Part shown: positions 30,173 through 40,384 of the stretch, one piece after another
Numbering within the stretch: position 1 is the stretch's first letter
Layout of the letters: every line of letters begins with the position of its first letter
Assembly: GCA_963813155.1 (NCBI GenBank)
Contig: CAWEYG010000002.1
Location: 512,001-576,000 of the forward strand
Direction: 5' to 3'
From: an uncultured Acidobacteriota bacterium
GTDB lineage: Bacteria > Acidobacteriota > Thermoanaerobaculia > UBA5066 > DATFVB01
DNA length: 64,000 nucleotides
Position numbers and translations under genes: made by a program
Notes under the pieces: generated by a model
Databases searched by the model: none
What the model saw: the letters and a program-made list of their open reading frames with translations, nothing else
What the model was told of the DNA's origin: nothing

Positions 30173-31744
30173 TCACGCCGCGGGAGAAGTCGGCGAATCT
30201 TCGCGGAAATGCGTGCCGCGGGAGACACGGTCGTCCGCCGCGCCGCGCGTGACTTCGAGGGCCGTGCGAACGCCGTTGCGCAGCCCGATCAGGGCGTCGG
30301 ACATCGTTCCCTGGCGGTAGAAATCCTCGATTTCGTCCCTCAGCTCCTGCAGGATGCGGCGAGCGCGGTCGAGGCGGCGGCCCGAGCGCACGAGGCCGAC
30401 ATAGTTCCACATCGTGTGCTTGATCACGAGCCAGTCCTGCGAAACGAGAGCGGCATCGACCGGTTCCGATTCGGGCTGCCAGGCCCAGGCCGAATACGAT
30501 TTCGCGGAAGCGTCCGAGCGGGCTTCCGCCGCCGCGAGCTTGCCCGCCCGCCACCCCCAGAGCAGACCTTCGAGAAGCGAGGTCGACGCGAGCCGGTTGG
30601 CCCCGTGGACTCCCGTGCAGGAGACCTCTCCGGCCGCGTACAGGCCCGAAAGCGTCGTGCGCCCATCCAGGTCGACGGCAACGCCGCCGCAGGAATAATG
30701 CGCGGCCGGAACGATCGGCACCGGCCCCCTCGTCACGTCGTAACCCGCCTCCTGGCAGCGCTGGGCGACCCCGGGAAACCGCTCGCGGATCCATTCCGGA
30801 GGCTTGTGGGAAATGTCGAGAAGAGCGTGCGACTGGTCCTCGTCGAGCATGCGTCGATGGATCGCGCGGGCAACGACGTCGCGCGGCGCCAGCTCCTCGC
30901 GCGCATCGAACTCCTTCAGGAACGGCCGGCCGGCCGCGTCCGTGATCTTCGCGCCCGCGCCGCGCAGCGCCTCCGAGAGGAGCAGCCGCCCCTTCGGATG
31001 GACCAGGGCCGTCGGATGGAACTGCACGAACTGAAGATTGAGCAGGCGGGCGCCCGCGCGCGCCGCCATCGCGATTCCGTCGCCGCGGGACCCGGCCGGA
31101 TTGGTCGTGTGCAGGAAGACCTGCCCGAGGCCGCCGGTGGCGAGGATCGTCGTGTGCGCGTAGACGGGCCGGACGGCTTCGGTCGAGCGGTCGAGCAGGT
31201 ACGCTCCGAAGACGCGCTGCCTCGCGTAGCGATCCAGCGGGTTGGAGGAATCGTGCGCCGGAGTCAGAAAATCCACCGCCGTGTGCGCGGTCTTCCATTC
31301 GACCGTCTTTTCCGACATCACGGCCCCGAGCAGGGCGCGCTCGACCGGAATCCCCGTTTCGTCCTTGACATGGAGGACGCGCGGCAGGGAGTGAGCGCCC
31401 TCCAGGGCCCATTGAAAAGTCCCGTCCTCGCGGTCGAACGGAACGCCGAGCTCTCCGATCAGCAGCTTTTCCACCAGGTCGGGCCCCTCGCGGGAGAGCA
31501 GCTCGACCGCGGAAGGATTGCACAGCCCGCCCCCGGCCTTTTCGATGTCCGCGGCGAGACTGCCGGGCGTGTCGCCGGCCGGACGGCCGACGATGCCTCC
31601 CTGCGCCCAGAAGGTGTTCGACGACTCCACCTGTTCGGATCTCGTGACCACGAGAACTCTCGCGCCCGCGCGCGCCGCCGAGAGCGCAGCGGAACAGCCC
31701 GCGATGCCGGTGCCGATCACGAGGACGTCGTAGATCTCGCTCAT
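30173..31744 (-). CDS. nadB: L-aspartate oxidase
   Basis: IGTGIAG, WAQGG, EGAHS, QFHPT, SEALRG, HGANRLASTSLLE; in the nad cluster. Confidence 0.94.
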   Translation of the reverse strand: MSEIYDVLVIGTGIAGCSAALSAARAGARVLVVTRSEQVESSNTFWAQGGIVGRPAGDTPGSLAADIEKAGGGLCNPSAVELLSREGPDLVEKLLIGELGVPFDREDGTFQWALEGAHSLPRVLHVKDETGIPVERALLGAVMSEKTVEWKTAHTAVDFLTPAHDSSNPLDRYARQRVFGAYLLDRSTEAVRPVYAHTTILATGGLGQVFLHTTNPAGSRGDGIAMAARAGARLLNLQFVQFHPTALVHPKGRLLLSEALRGAGAKITDAAGRPFLKEFDAREELAPRDVVARAIHRRMLDEDQSHALLDISHKPPEWIRERFPGVAQRCQEAGYDVTRGPVPIVPAAHYSCGGVAVDLDGRTTLSGLYAAGEVSCTGVHGANRLASTSLLEGLLWGWRAGKLAAAEARSDASAKSYSAWAWQPESEPVDAALVSQDWLVIKHTMWNYVGLVRSGRRLDRARRILQELRDEIEDFYRQGTMSDALIGLRNGVRTALEVTRGAADDRVSRGTHFREDSPTSPAA

Positions 31745-32593
31745 CCGATCGCGAGCTCCAGAGAAATGTCGCTGGCCCGCACGGAATGCGTCAGAGCGCC
31801 GATCGAAATGAAATCGACGCCCGCGTCGGCGTACGCGCGGACGTTCGCGAGCGAGACGTTCCCCGAAGCTTCGATCCGGACCCCGGGCGCGAGCCCCCGC
31901 GCGAGCGCGACGAGCCGCGACGCCTCGGCCGGCGTCCGGTTGTCCAGAAGCAGTTGATCGGCGCCCGACTCGAGGGCCTCGCGAAGCTGATCCTCGCTCT
32001 CCACCTCGACTTCGATCCGAAGCCCGAACGGCCCGCGAAGCCGGGCGGCGGCGACAGCAGCGGCGACCCCGCCGGCGATGGCGATGTGGTTGTCCTTGAC
32101 CAGGATTCCGTCGTCGAGCCCGAAGCGATGGTTCGTTCCCCCGCCGGCAACGACCGCCTGCTTGTCGAGGGAGCGAAGGCCCGGCGCCGTCTTGCGGGTG
32201 TCGAGAATCCGGGCGGCCGTTCCGCGCACGGCCTCGACGTAGCGCCTCGTCTCGGTCGCGATGCCCGACATTCTCTGGAGGAGATTGAGGGCAACCCGTT
32301 CCCCCGCGAGAAGGCCCCGGGCGCCGCCCGAGACTTCGGCGATTCGGGATCCCGGGGCGACCAGCTCCCCTTCGACCGCGAGGGAGGTCCAACCCGATCC
32401 GGGGTCAGCCAGGCCGAAGATTTCGCCGGCGATTTCGAGGCCGCTCGCGACGAGCTCGCTCTTGGCCAGAAGAACTCCTTTCGCCCGAATGCCTTCCGGC
32501 ACGACGGCCCGGGAAGTCGCGTCGCCGCGACCGATGTCCTCCCAGAAGGAACATCTCCAGGCGCGACCTCAGGGCGGGATCGATCCGGCTCAC
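31741..32593 (-). CDS. nadC: Quinolinate phosphoribosyltransferase (extra G near 32542)
   Basis: EDIGRGDATS after frame correction, ERVALN, DTRKT, NHRFGLDD, KDNH, EVEV, EASG. Confidence 0.94.
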
Positions 32594-32748
32594 GCCGGCA
32601 GGATATCTCGAACCGGCGGCGACGACGCCGCTCGAGACCCCCTTTTGCCGCTCGCGGCGCGCAGTCGTAGCAAAGTCCTCAAACCGCAGTGAGCGGAAAA
32701 GCGGGGCGAGTCCCGTGACAGGACCCTCGCCGGCCGAGCGGGCTCGAC

Positions 32749-33714
32749 CTACGACAGCTCGAGCATGCGGAGGAGAGACTTCTCCGCCGCGGCGCGGACG
32801 TCTTCCGGAATCGTGATCTCGGGCGTCTCGTCGCGCATCGCGAGGTAGATCTTTTCGACGGTGTTCTTCTTCATGAAGGGGCAGAGGTTGCACGCGCAGG
32901 TGTCCGTGGGAAGCGGGATGAACTTCTTCCCGGGAGCGGCCTTCTCCATCTGGTGCAGGATCCCCGGCTCCGTCGCGATCAGAAATTCGGGCGCCTCGTT
33001 CGTCGTGACGTAGTTCAGGATCGACTTCGTCGAACCGACGTGATCCGCGTGCTTCAGGATCGCCTCGGGACATTCGGGGTGCGCGGCAATTTTCGCCCGG
33101 GGGTGGGCAACTTTCAGCCGGACGAGCTCGCGCTCGGAAAACTGTTCGTGGACGATGCAGGTGCCGGGCCAGAGGACGAGCTCGCGGCCGACTTTCTTCT
33201 CCAGCCAGGCGCCGAGATGCCGGTCGGGGGCGAAGAGGATCTCCCGGTCGGACGGAAACGAACGCACGATCTTTTCGGCATTCGACGACGTGCAAATGAC
33301 GTCCGACAGCGCCTTCACGCGGGCCGAACAATTGATGTAAGTGATCGACGCCGCGCCCGGATGCGCATCGCGGAAGGCCCGGAACGCGTCGGGAGGGCAC
33401 GAGTCTTCGAGCGAGCACCCGGCTCCCATGTCGGGGATCAGGACCTTTCGCGACGGATTCAGGATCTTCGCCGTCTCCGCCATGAAGCGAACGCCGGCGA
33501 ACAGGATGATGTCGGCGTCGGTCTTCTGCGCCGTCTTCGACAGGTCGAGCGAATCGCCGACGAAATCGGCGAGGTCCTGAATCTCCGCCTCCTGGTAGTA
33601 GTGGGCGAGCAACACAACCCGCTTTTCGCGCTTGAGCCGGCGGATTTCCCGCTCCAAATCGATCCGCGGGTCGATCGAGGAAGGTCCTTCGGTTCGGGCC
33701 GCGATCGCGCTCAT
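32749..33714 (-). CDS. nadA: Quinolinate synthase
   Basis: [46 protein letters not shown]. Start taken at ATG 33714 (alternative 33726). Confidence 0.95.
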   Translation of the reverse strand: MSAIAARTEGPSSIDPRIDLEREIRRLKREKRVVLLAHYYQEAEIQDLADFVGDSLDLSKTAQKTDADIILFAGVRFMAETAKILNPSRKVLIPDMGAGCSLEDSCPPDAFRAFRDAHPGAASITYINCSARVKALSDVICTSSNAEKIVRSFPSDREILFAPDRHLGAWLEKKVGRELVLWPGTCIVHEQFSERELVRLKVAHPRAKIAAHPECPEAILKHADHVGSTKSILNYVTTNEAPEFLIATEPGILHQMEKAAPGKKFIPLPTDTCACNLCPFMKKNTVEKIYLAMRDETPEITIPEDVRAAAEKSLLRMLELS

Positions 33715-33764
33715 CTCATGGATCATAACGTCTTCGAAAGCCGGGGGATTTCGCGCGCACTGGC

Positions 33765-33780
33765 TGGCTCTGAAATTGCT
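33765..33780 (+). promoter_or_regulatory. Putative sigma54 promoter of the ferritin-like gene
   Basis: TGGCTCTGAAATTGCT (GG-N10-GC). Confidence 0.55.
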
Positions 33781-33816
33781 GTAGGCTAGAAAGCGTCATT
33801 TGAAAGGAGCATCAGC

Positions 33817-34395
33817 ATGCCGAAAACGGAAGGGGCGGGCGGAAAAAAGGCGTTCGTGAGCGACATCCAGGAGCTCCGCCGCCGAGCCCGACAGCACATG
33901 GACAAGGGCGCGGTCACCGAAGGCTACAAAGCCGACCGGCCCACGGTGATCAAGATCCTCAACGAGGCGCTCGCGACCGAGATCATCTGCATCCTCCGCT
34001 ACAAACGCCACTACTTCATGGCCGACGGAATCCACGCCCAGGCGGTCAAGGCGGAGTTCCTCCAGCACGCCAACGAGGAACAGGGGCACGCCGACCTGAT
34101 CGCCGAGCGCATCACGCAGCTCGACGGCGAGCCGAACTTCAGCCCGGAGGGCCTCTCCACCCGGAGCCATGCCGAATACGTGGAAGGCACCGACCTCCTC
34201 GACATGATTCGCGAAGACCTCGTCGCCGAGCGCATCGCCATCGATTCGTACTCCGAAATGATCCGATACATCGGGGACGACGACGTCACCACGCGGCGCA
34301 TGCTCGAGGGCATCCTCGCCATGGAAGAGGAGCACGCCGAAGACCTGAAGACGATGTTGAAGACGCTCGGCAAGGAAGAACGCTCGGCGGGATAA
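33817..34395 (+). CDS. Bacterioferritin / ferritin-like protein
   Basis: LNEALATE, EEQGHAD, EDLVAERIAI, EEEHAEDL ferroxidase ligands; SD AAGGAG. Confidence 0.88.
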   Translation: MPKTEGAGGKKAFVSDIQELRRRARQHMDKGAVTEGYKADRPTVIKILNEALATEIICILRYKRHYFMADGIHAQAVKAEFLQHANEEQGHADLIAERITQLDGEPNFSPEGLSTRSHAEYVEGTDLLDMIREDLVAERIAIDSYSEMIRYIGDDDVTTRRMLEGILAMEEEHAEDLKTMLKTLGKEERSAG

Positions 34396-34405
34396 AATCC
34401 CGCCA

Positions 34406-36010
34406 ATGTCCGACGCCTCCTGTCCCCGGAGCGGCGAAGAGAAATATCGCCTCCTGCTGCAGGTGTCGGAAGCGGCAAACGCGCAGCTCGAGCTGGCGGG
34501 AGTCCTCGGAGCCGTGGCTCGCGCCCTCAAGGCGTTCGTGCCGGTCGACGCGATCGGCGTCGCCACCACGGACGGAGAGCTCGTCCGCCTGCACGCGATC
34601 CACATCGAAGGAGTCGAGCGCCTGCCGGGGGAGCCGTTCGCGGAGGTCATGACGCGGGCCCTGCACCTCTCGGCCGACCAGGTCGCGCAAATCTCCGGCG
34701 GGCTGCCGTTCCACGGATCGGGAACGGAGTACGTCGGCCGGACGGGGAAGGCCTACGTCTGCCAGAACCTTCCCGAGGAGAAGTTGTTCGCGGAGGACGA
34801 CCGGCTTCTCTCCTATGGAATCCAGTCGTACGTCCGCACTCCCCTGTTCGTCCGGGAGCGTCTGATCGGCTCGATCGCGTTCTCGCGAACTCGCCAGAGG
34901 CGCTTCGAGCCCGACGAGGTCGATACTCTCGAAGGCGTCTCCCGGCCGATCGCGACCGCGGTGGCGAACTCGCTCGCCTTCGACGAGATCGGAAAGCTGA
35001 AGGACCGGTTCCAGCAGGAGAACCTCGTCCTGAAAGAGGAAATCGACCAGGAATCGATGTTCGAGGAGATCGTGGGAGCCTCGAAAGCCCTGCGAAAAGT
35101 CCTTTCGAAAGTGGAAAAAGTCGCGCCGACCGACTCGACCGTTCTGCTGACCGGGGAGACTGGGACCGGAAAAGAGCTCATCGCGCGCGCGATCCACCGG
35201 CGGTCCCGCCGGTCGGAAAGCGTCCTCCTGAAAGTGAACCTGGCGGCTCTTCCGCCTTCGCTCATCGCTTCGGAGCTCTTCGGCCACGAGAAGGGCGCTT
35301 TCACGGGAGCCCTCCAGCGGCGCCCGGGCCGCTTCGAGCTCGCCTCCGGCGGAACGATCTTCCTCGACGAGGTCGGGGAACTCCCCTCGGAGATCCAGGT
35401 CGCGTTGCTGCGGGTCCTTCAGGAGGGAGAATTCGAGCGCGTCGGCGGAACACGAACGCTTCGCACCGACGCGCGGGTGATCGCCGCGACGAACCGGGAC
35501 CTCGCGAGCGCGGTCGACGAGGGCGCCTTCCGCAGCGACCTCTATTACCGGCTGAACGTCTTTCCGATTGAGCTGCCCCCGCTGCGGGAACGGCGCGAAG
35601 ACATTCCGATCCTCGTCGAATACTTCACGGCGCGCCATTCCGCCCGGCTGGGGAAGAGGATCCGAAAAGTCGAGAAGAGGACGATGGACCGCCTCGTCGC
35701 TTACTCCTGGCCCGGGAACGTGCGCGAGCTCGAGAATCTCCTCGAGAGGGCGGCGATTCTCGCCGAGGGCGAAACGCTCGAGATCGAAGAAAGCGCCCTC
35801 GCGGGACCGTCCGCGTCCGCCCCGGGCGGCGCGCTTCCGGCGAGCCTCCTGGGACAGGAAAAGCGAATGATCGAAGCCGTTCTCGCGGAAACGCGCGGCC
35901 GAGTCTCGGGGCCTTCCGGCGCGGCGGCGCGGCTGCAAATCCCTTCGACCACGCTCGAATCGAAGATCCGAAAGTTGAAGATCGACAAGTACCGGTTTCG
36001 CTCCGTTTAG
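34406..36010 (+). CDS. FhlA-like sigma54 enhancer-binding protein (GAF-AAA-HTH)
   Basis: GETGTGKE, ELFGHEKGAFTGA, WPGNVRELEN; N-terminal GAF domain and C-terminal Fis HTH. Confidence 0.93.
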   Translation: MSDASCPRSGEEKYRLLLQVSEAANAQLELAGVLGAVARALKAFVPVDAIGVATTDGELVRLHAIHIEGVERLPGEPFAEVMTRALHLSADQVAQISGGLPFHGSGTEYVGRTGKAYVCQNLPEEKLFAEDDRLLSYGIQSYVRTPLFVRERLIGSIAFSRTRQRRFEPDEVDTLEGVSRPIATAVANSLAFDEIGKLKDRFQQENLVLKEEIDQESMFEEIVGASKALRKVLSKVEKVAPTDSTVLLTGETGTGKELIARAIHRRSRRSESVLLKVNLAALPPSLIASELFGHEKGAFTGALQRRPGRFELASGGTIFLDEVGELPSEIQVALLRVLQEGEFERVGGTRTLRTDARVIAATNRDLASAVDEGAFRSDLYYRLNVFPIELPPLRERREDIPILVEYFTARHSARLGKRIRKVEKRTMDRLVAYSWPGNVRELENLLERAAILAEGETLEIEESALAGPSASAPGGALPASLLGQEKRMIEAVLAETRGRVSGPSGAAARLQIPSTTLESKIRKLKIDKYRFRSV

Positions 36011-36091
36011 GCGAGTCTTCCGCGCGGTTCTCGCCATTCGAGCCTAGAATACGACTCACGTTATTCCAAAAAAATGAGACAGGAGAAATTC

Positions 36092-38224
36092 ATGAAAACC
36101 GTGGCGCCGTCCCTGGCGATTCTGGCTGCTGCTTTGTCGTTCTCCTCGCTGGCGTTTGCCGGATTCGCATCGACCGAAACGTTCCTGCCCGCCGTCGGAC
36201 GCGTGACGGGACAGGGCGGGGCGCAGTTCTACACGACGATCTGGGCAACGAACCTCACGGGTGTTACGGTCTCCTTCACTTTCGACTTCCTCAAGCAGGG
36301 ACAGGCCAACCCGAGCCCGGCGAGTTTCTCGGACACGCTCGCGCCGGGACAGACGAAAGTCTACGAGAACATCGTCGAGACGAAGCTCGGTCTCTCCGGC
36401 CAGCTCGGCGCCGCGCGGATCACCGCCTCCGGCGAGATCCTCGTCTCCGAGCGGATCTACAACCAGGCTCCGGGAGACGACGTCGGAAAATCCGAAGGGC
36501 TTTTCTTCGCCGGCGTGCCGAGATCTCTCTCGATCTCGCTTGGCCAGTCCGCATCGATCCAGGGGATCAACCAGGGAGGTTCGGAGAGCTTTCGCTACAA
36601 CTTCGCCCTCGTGGAAACCGGAGGCGGGAGCCCGACCGTCAACGTCCAGCTCTTCGACGGCAACGCGACGATGCTCGGGCAGAAGGCGTACAACCTGCAA
36701 CCCTACGAGCAGGTCCAGCCCAACGTCGCGGATCTCTTCTCAGGAATCGCGACGACGAACGCGCGGATCACCGCGACGGTGACCGGGGGCTCGGGATCGG
36801 CCCTGATCGCCGGCGCACAACTCGCCAACGAGTCGCAGGACTCCTCCGGCTTCGAGATGAGCTTTCGCGACAGCATCCTCGGCGGCGGCACCGGAGTCAC
36901 GAGCCTGAACAGCCTCACCGGCGCGCTCAACCTGACAGCCGGAACCGGAATCACGATCACGCCGTCCGGGAATACCATCATGGTCGCCGCCACCGCCGGA
37001 AGCGGCGGAATCCTCACGCTTCCGTACAGCCAGATGGTGGCCGATGCGGATCATCCCGGCTTTGCCATCACGAACACCGCCACCGCGCCGAGCGGGGGAG
37101 CCAACTCGGCCATCACCGGCATCGGAGGCGTTCCGTCAGGTTTCGCGGGCGGACAATTCTCGAATGGAACGACCGGTGTCACCGGCGATTCAAAGACAGG
37201 GACAGGCGTCGTGGGATCCTCTTTGGGCTCCGTCGGCGTCCTCGGCGCGAGCGGCGGTATAGCGGGCGTACTGGGCGTGGTTTTTACGGAGAGTCCAGGA
37301 ACCGTCGGCTATGGCGTTGCTGGACTTTCTTCCTCGTCAAAAAGCACCGGCGTTTTTGGCCAACAGGGGTTGACCGGTCCCGACGTCTCGAACGATATTG
37401 CCGGCGTCGAGGGCTCGTCGAGCGACCAGGCCGGCGTGATCGGTCGCAGTGCGACGAACAACGGAGTCCAGGGATTCAGCGACGCCGGCGGAATAGGAGG
37501 CGTGATTGGTAACAACGACTCTTCCTCCGGATGGGGTGCCGAGGGATACAACACAGCGACAAACGGGCACGGGTACCTCGGTGGTTACGAGTACGGCGTG
37601 CTCGGCGTCGCTCCGATGTTTATTGATCGCGCTGTGTATGCAGGCAGCTTTCAGGGCGATGTCACCGTCACCGGCCACTTGAGCGCCCATGGCGTCACGC
37701 TGGCCGTATCTCCAGATCCGATACGGCCGGAGATGGAGATTCGCTATGTCTCCCTCGAGGGAAGAGAGGCGGGCACCTACTTCCGTGGCACGGCGCGGAT
37801 CGTGAACGGCTTTGCAACGATCGAGGTCCCCGAGGATTTCCGAATGGTGACGACGGAAAAGGGGTTAACCGTGGTCGTTACGCCGGTCGGCGGACTCGCC
37901 GTGCTCGCCGCAATTCATCAGGGTCTCGACAAGATCGTCATTCAGGGTTCGGCCGACGTCGATTTCAATTACATGGTCAACGGCGTTCGAAAAGGATCGG
38001 AAGACTTCGCTCCCGTGGCCAGGAATGAGGACTTCGTTCCGCGCTCCGCCGAAGACAAAGAATTCGCACGCCATCTCGACGCAAACGCGATCGCGGCGCT
38101 CAAGGCCAACGGGATCCTGAACGCCGACGGCTCGATCAATCTCAAGACCGCGCACCGGCTCGGCTGGGACCGGAAACCGGGGTGGAGCGGCGCGAAACCG
38201 GAATCGAACGCGAAAATCCAATAA
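36092..38224 (+). CDS. Secreted tail-fibre/adhesin-like protein with GVxG repeats
   Basis: SD AGGAG, signal peptide, VTSLNSLTG shaft motif, about 12 GVxGxS repeats, C-terminal LEGREAGTYFRG domain. Confidence 0.7.
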   Translation: MKTVAPSLAILAAALSFSSLAFAGFASTETFLPAVGRVTGQGGAQFYTTIWATNLTGVTVSFTFDFLKQGQANPSPASFSDTLAPGQTKVYENIVETKLGLSGQLGAARITASGEILVSERIYNQAPGDDVGKSEGLFFAGVPRSLSISLGQSASIQGINQGGSESFRYNFALVETGGGSPTVNVQLFDGNATMLGQKAYNLQPYEQVQPNVADLFSGIATTNARITATVTGGSGSALIAGAQLANESQDSSGFEMSFRDSILGGGTGVTSLNSLTGALNLTAGTGITITPSGNTIMVAATAGSGGILTLPYSQMVADADHPGFAITNTATAPSGGANSAITGIGGVPSGFAGGQFSNGTTGVTGDSKTGTGVVGSSLGSVGVLGASGGIAGVLGVVFTESPGTVGYGVAGLSSSSKSTGVFGQQGLTGPDVSNDIAGVEGSSSDQAGVIGRSATNNGVQGFSDAGGIGGVIGNNDSSSGWGAEGYNTATNGHGYLGGYEYGVLGVAPMFIDRAVYAGSFQGDVTVTGHLSAHGVTLAVSPDPIRPEMEIRYVSLEGREAGTYFRGTARIVNGFATIEVPEDFRMVTTEKGLTVVVTPVGGLAVLAAIHQGLDKIVIQGSADVDFNYMVNGVRKGSEDFAPVARNEDFVPRSAEDKEFARHLDANAIAALKANGILNADGSINLKTAHRLGWDRKPGWSGAKPESNAKIQ

Positions 38225-38238
38225 AATCACTCCCTTCC

Positions 38239-38613
38239 ATGGCGGACCAGAAGAACGATCCTCCGAACGAGCGGCGCCGGGGAAGACGGATCAGCCCGGC
38301 GAAGCCGCTCTCGGCCCGGGTCCGCATGGTCACCGAGGCCTTCATCCGGAATCTCTCGACGGGAGGAGCGCTCATCGAGTCGGACCGGGCGCTCGCGCCG
38401 GGGTCCCGATGCGAGCTTCACCTCGAGCTCGGCGGCGTCGCGACGACCGCGATAGCGAGAGTCGTGAGGTGCCACATGCTCGCGGGAAAGGGCGCGCGCT
38501 ACCAGTCGGGGCTCTCGTTCGAGGAGATCGACGACAGGACGCGCTCCGCGATCGAGAAGATCGTGAAGGCGGCCGGCGACGGGGGACCGCTGCCCGGAAA
38601 GCTCAAGGTCTGA
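38239..38613 (+). CDS. PilZ domain protein
   Basis: ERRRGRR and NLSTGGA c-di-GMP motifs. Confidence 0.82.
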   Translation: MADQKNDPPNERRRGRRISPAKPLSARVRMVTEAFIRNLSTGGALIESDRALAPGSRCELHLELGGVATTAIARVVRCHMLAGKGARYQSGLSFEEIDDRTRSAIEKIVKAAGDGGPLPGKLKV

Positions 38614-38639
38614 CCGGCAGCCCTCCGGATCTTCCGAAC

Positions 38640-38742
38640 TTACGGATTTGCGTAAAAACACGCGAACCTTGGGAAAGACAGGCCGGGCGCTACCTGTGCC
38701 ATCAACGACTTAGGCCCTGGTAGCGCTGGCACGCGTCTTGAT
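38640..38742 (+). promoter_or_regulatory. UAS palindrome, IHF site and sigma54 promoter
   Basis: TTACG-N6-CGTAA (38640-55), ATCAAcgacTTA (38701-12), TGGCACGcgtcTTGAT (38727-42). Confidence 0.6.
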
Positions 38743-38762
38743 CTCCTCTTCGGCGTGAGCCC

Positions 38763-39041
38763 ATGCTGAAGATCGAGAAGACTTCCGAGACCGCGACGGC
38801 CGTCACGTTCTTTCTCTCCGGCCGGATCTCCGCGGACCATGTTCCCGAATTGAACCGGCTGCTTCGAGAGGCCCGCGACGCCGGCCAGACCGTGACCCTC
38901 GACCTCGAGGGCGTCGGCCTCGTGGATCGGAAGGCCGTGGAGTTCTTCACGAAGGGCGAGGGGGCGAAATCGAAACTCCTGCACTGCCCCGTGTACGTCA
39001 GCGAGTGGTTGCGCTGCGAAGGCCGGAAGATCGCGCAATGA
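38763..39041 (+). CDS. Small STAS-like protein
   Basis: LSGRI...TLDLEGVGLVDRKAV...CPVYVSEW. Confidence 0.7.
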   Translation: MLKIEKTSETATAVTFFLSGRISADHVPELNRLLREARDAGQTVTLDLEGVGLVDRKAVEFFTKGEGAKSKLLHCPVYVSEWLRCEGRKIAQ

Positions 39042-40384
39042 GTCGCACAGCAACCCGAAACGCGGCGGCCGCGGCGCTCGTCTACTTCGGCCTTTCTTCC
39101 GCGCTCACGGCCCAGACGCCGGGCGGGGCGCCCCTTCCCGGAAAACTCACGCTCGCCGACGCGGTCCAGCGAGCGCTGTCCGACGGCACCGCCGCGAAGC
39201 TCGCGTCGCTGCGCGTGGAGGAGTCCCGGGCGGCCGCACTCGAGGCGAAGTCGGCTCTGTTTCCGCGGCTCGACGCCGCTGTCCAGGACCAGAACGAGGT
39301 CCTCAATCTCAAGACGTTCGGACTGACGATTCCCGGTTTTCCCTCCGTGGTCGGACCGTTCAACGTCTTCGACGCGCATCTCGCCGCCGCCTACAACGTC
39401 GTTGACCTCGCCGCCCGGCGCCGATACCAGGCCGCTCGAAGCGGGATCGGCATCTCGGAGACCGAGCGACGCCGGGCCGACGACGACGTCGCGGCCGCTG
39501 TCGCGACGATCTATCTCGCGGTCCGGAAGGCGGAGGCTCAGGTCGACGAGACGCAGGCAAACGTGACGCTCTTCGATCGCCTTTCCGAGCTCGCGCAGCA
39601 CCAGCTCGACGCCGGTGTCGCGACGAAGCTCGACACCACCCGCGCCCGGGTGCAGCTCTCGCGGCGGAGGCAGGACCTTCTCGTCGCGCAGACGCAGCGC
39701 GACACGGCGAAGATCGTGCTGTTGAGAGCGATCGGGGCGGATCTCGGAGAGGCGTTCGCGCTCGAAGAGCCGACGACACCGGAGCGCGACGCGCCCTCTC
39801 TCGAAGAAGCGCTCGGCCAGGCCCGATCGGATCGGCCGGAGATCGCTACCGCCCGGGAGCGTCTCGAAGAGGCGCGGCTCGAATTTCTCGCTGTCCGATC
39901 CGAGAAGTATCCGCGGCTCGTCGCGCAGGCGCAGGGGGGATACAACGGCAATTACCTCGGCGACCTCTCCTGGAACCGCGTCGTCGGAGCGACGGTTTCC
40001 GTCCCCATTTTCACGGGGGGGCAGATCGGCGCGCGAGAAGCGGGAGCGAGAGCTCGCGCGCGGGAGCTCGAAGTTCAGGCGCTCGACGCCGAGCGACAGG
40101 TCGAAGAAGATGTTCGCCGCGCCCTGTTGGCCTACGAAAGCGCGGTCAGCCGCGTCACGCTCGCGGAGGAGACCTCGCGCCTCGCCGCCGACGAGCTCGA
40201 TCTGGCGCGGGACCGTTTCGCCAACGGGGTTTCCAACGACGTCGAAGTCGATAACGCCCAGACCGCCCTGACGTCCGCGAGCGATTCGCGCCTCGCCGCG
40301 CTGGCGGATCGCGCGCAGGCGTGGTTCGATCTGGAGCACGCGACCGGGAGGATCCGGGAGGCGATTCTGCAGGGAGGAAGATGA
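39038..40384 (+). CDS. TolC-family outer membrane efflux protein
   Basis: Signal peptide, LTLADAV, two OEP repeats, VPIFTGG, RFANG. Confidence 0.88.
   Translation: MSRTATRNAAAAALVYFGLSSALTAQTPGGAPLPGKLTLADAVQRALSDGTAAKLASLRVEESRAAALEAKSALFPRLDAAVQDQNEVLNLKTFGLTIPGFPSVVGPFNVFDAHLAAAYNVVDLAARRRYQAARSGIGISETERRRADDDVAAAVATIYLAVRKAEAQVDETQANVTLFDRLSELAQHQLDAGVATKLDTTRARVQLSRRRQDLLVAQTQRDTAKIVLLRAIGADLGEAFALEEPTTPERDAPSLEEALGQARSDRPEIATARERLEEARLEFLAVRSEKYPRLVAQAQGGYNGNYLGDLSWNRVVGATVSVPIFTGGQIGAREAGARARARELEVQALDAERQVEEDVRRALLAYESAVSRVTLAEETSRLAADELDLARDRFANGVSNDVEVDNAQTALTSASDSRLAALADRAQAWFDLEHATGRIREAILQGGR

Noticed and set aside
32594-32748. Structured nadA-nadC spacer as an NAD+-I (nadA motif) riboswitch, which is known from Acidobacteria
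   Set aside because: Only generic GC hairpins are visible and I could not recognise the conserved aptamer segments. nadA and nadC both look leaderless. An Infernal/Rfam scan would settle it.
36092-38613. Prophage or mobile-element remnant
   Set aside because: No integrase, att-like repeats or other phage genes, and the protein has a Sec signal peptide.
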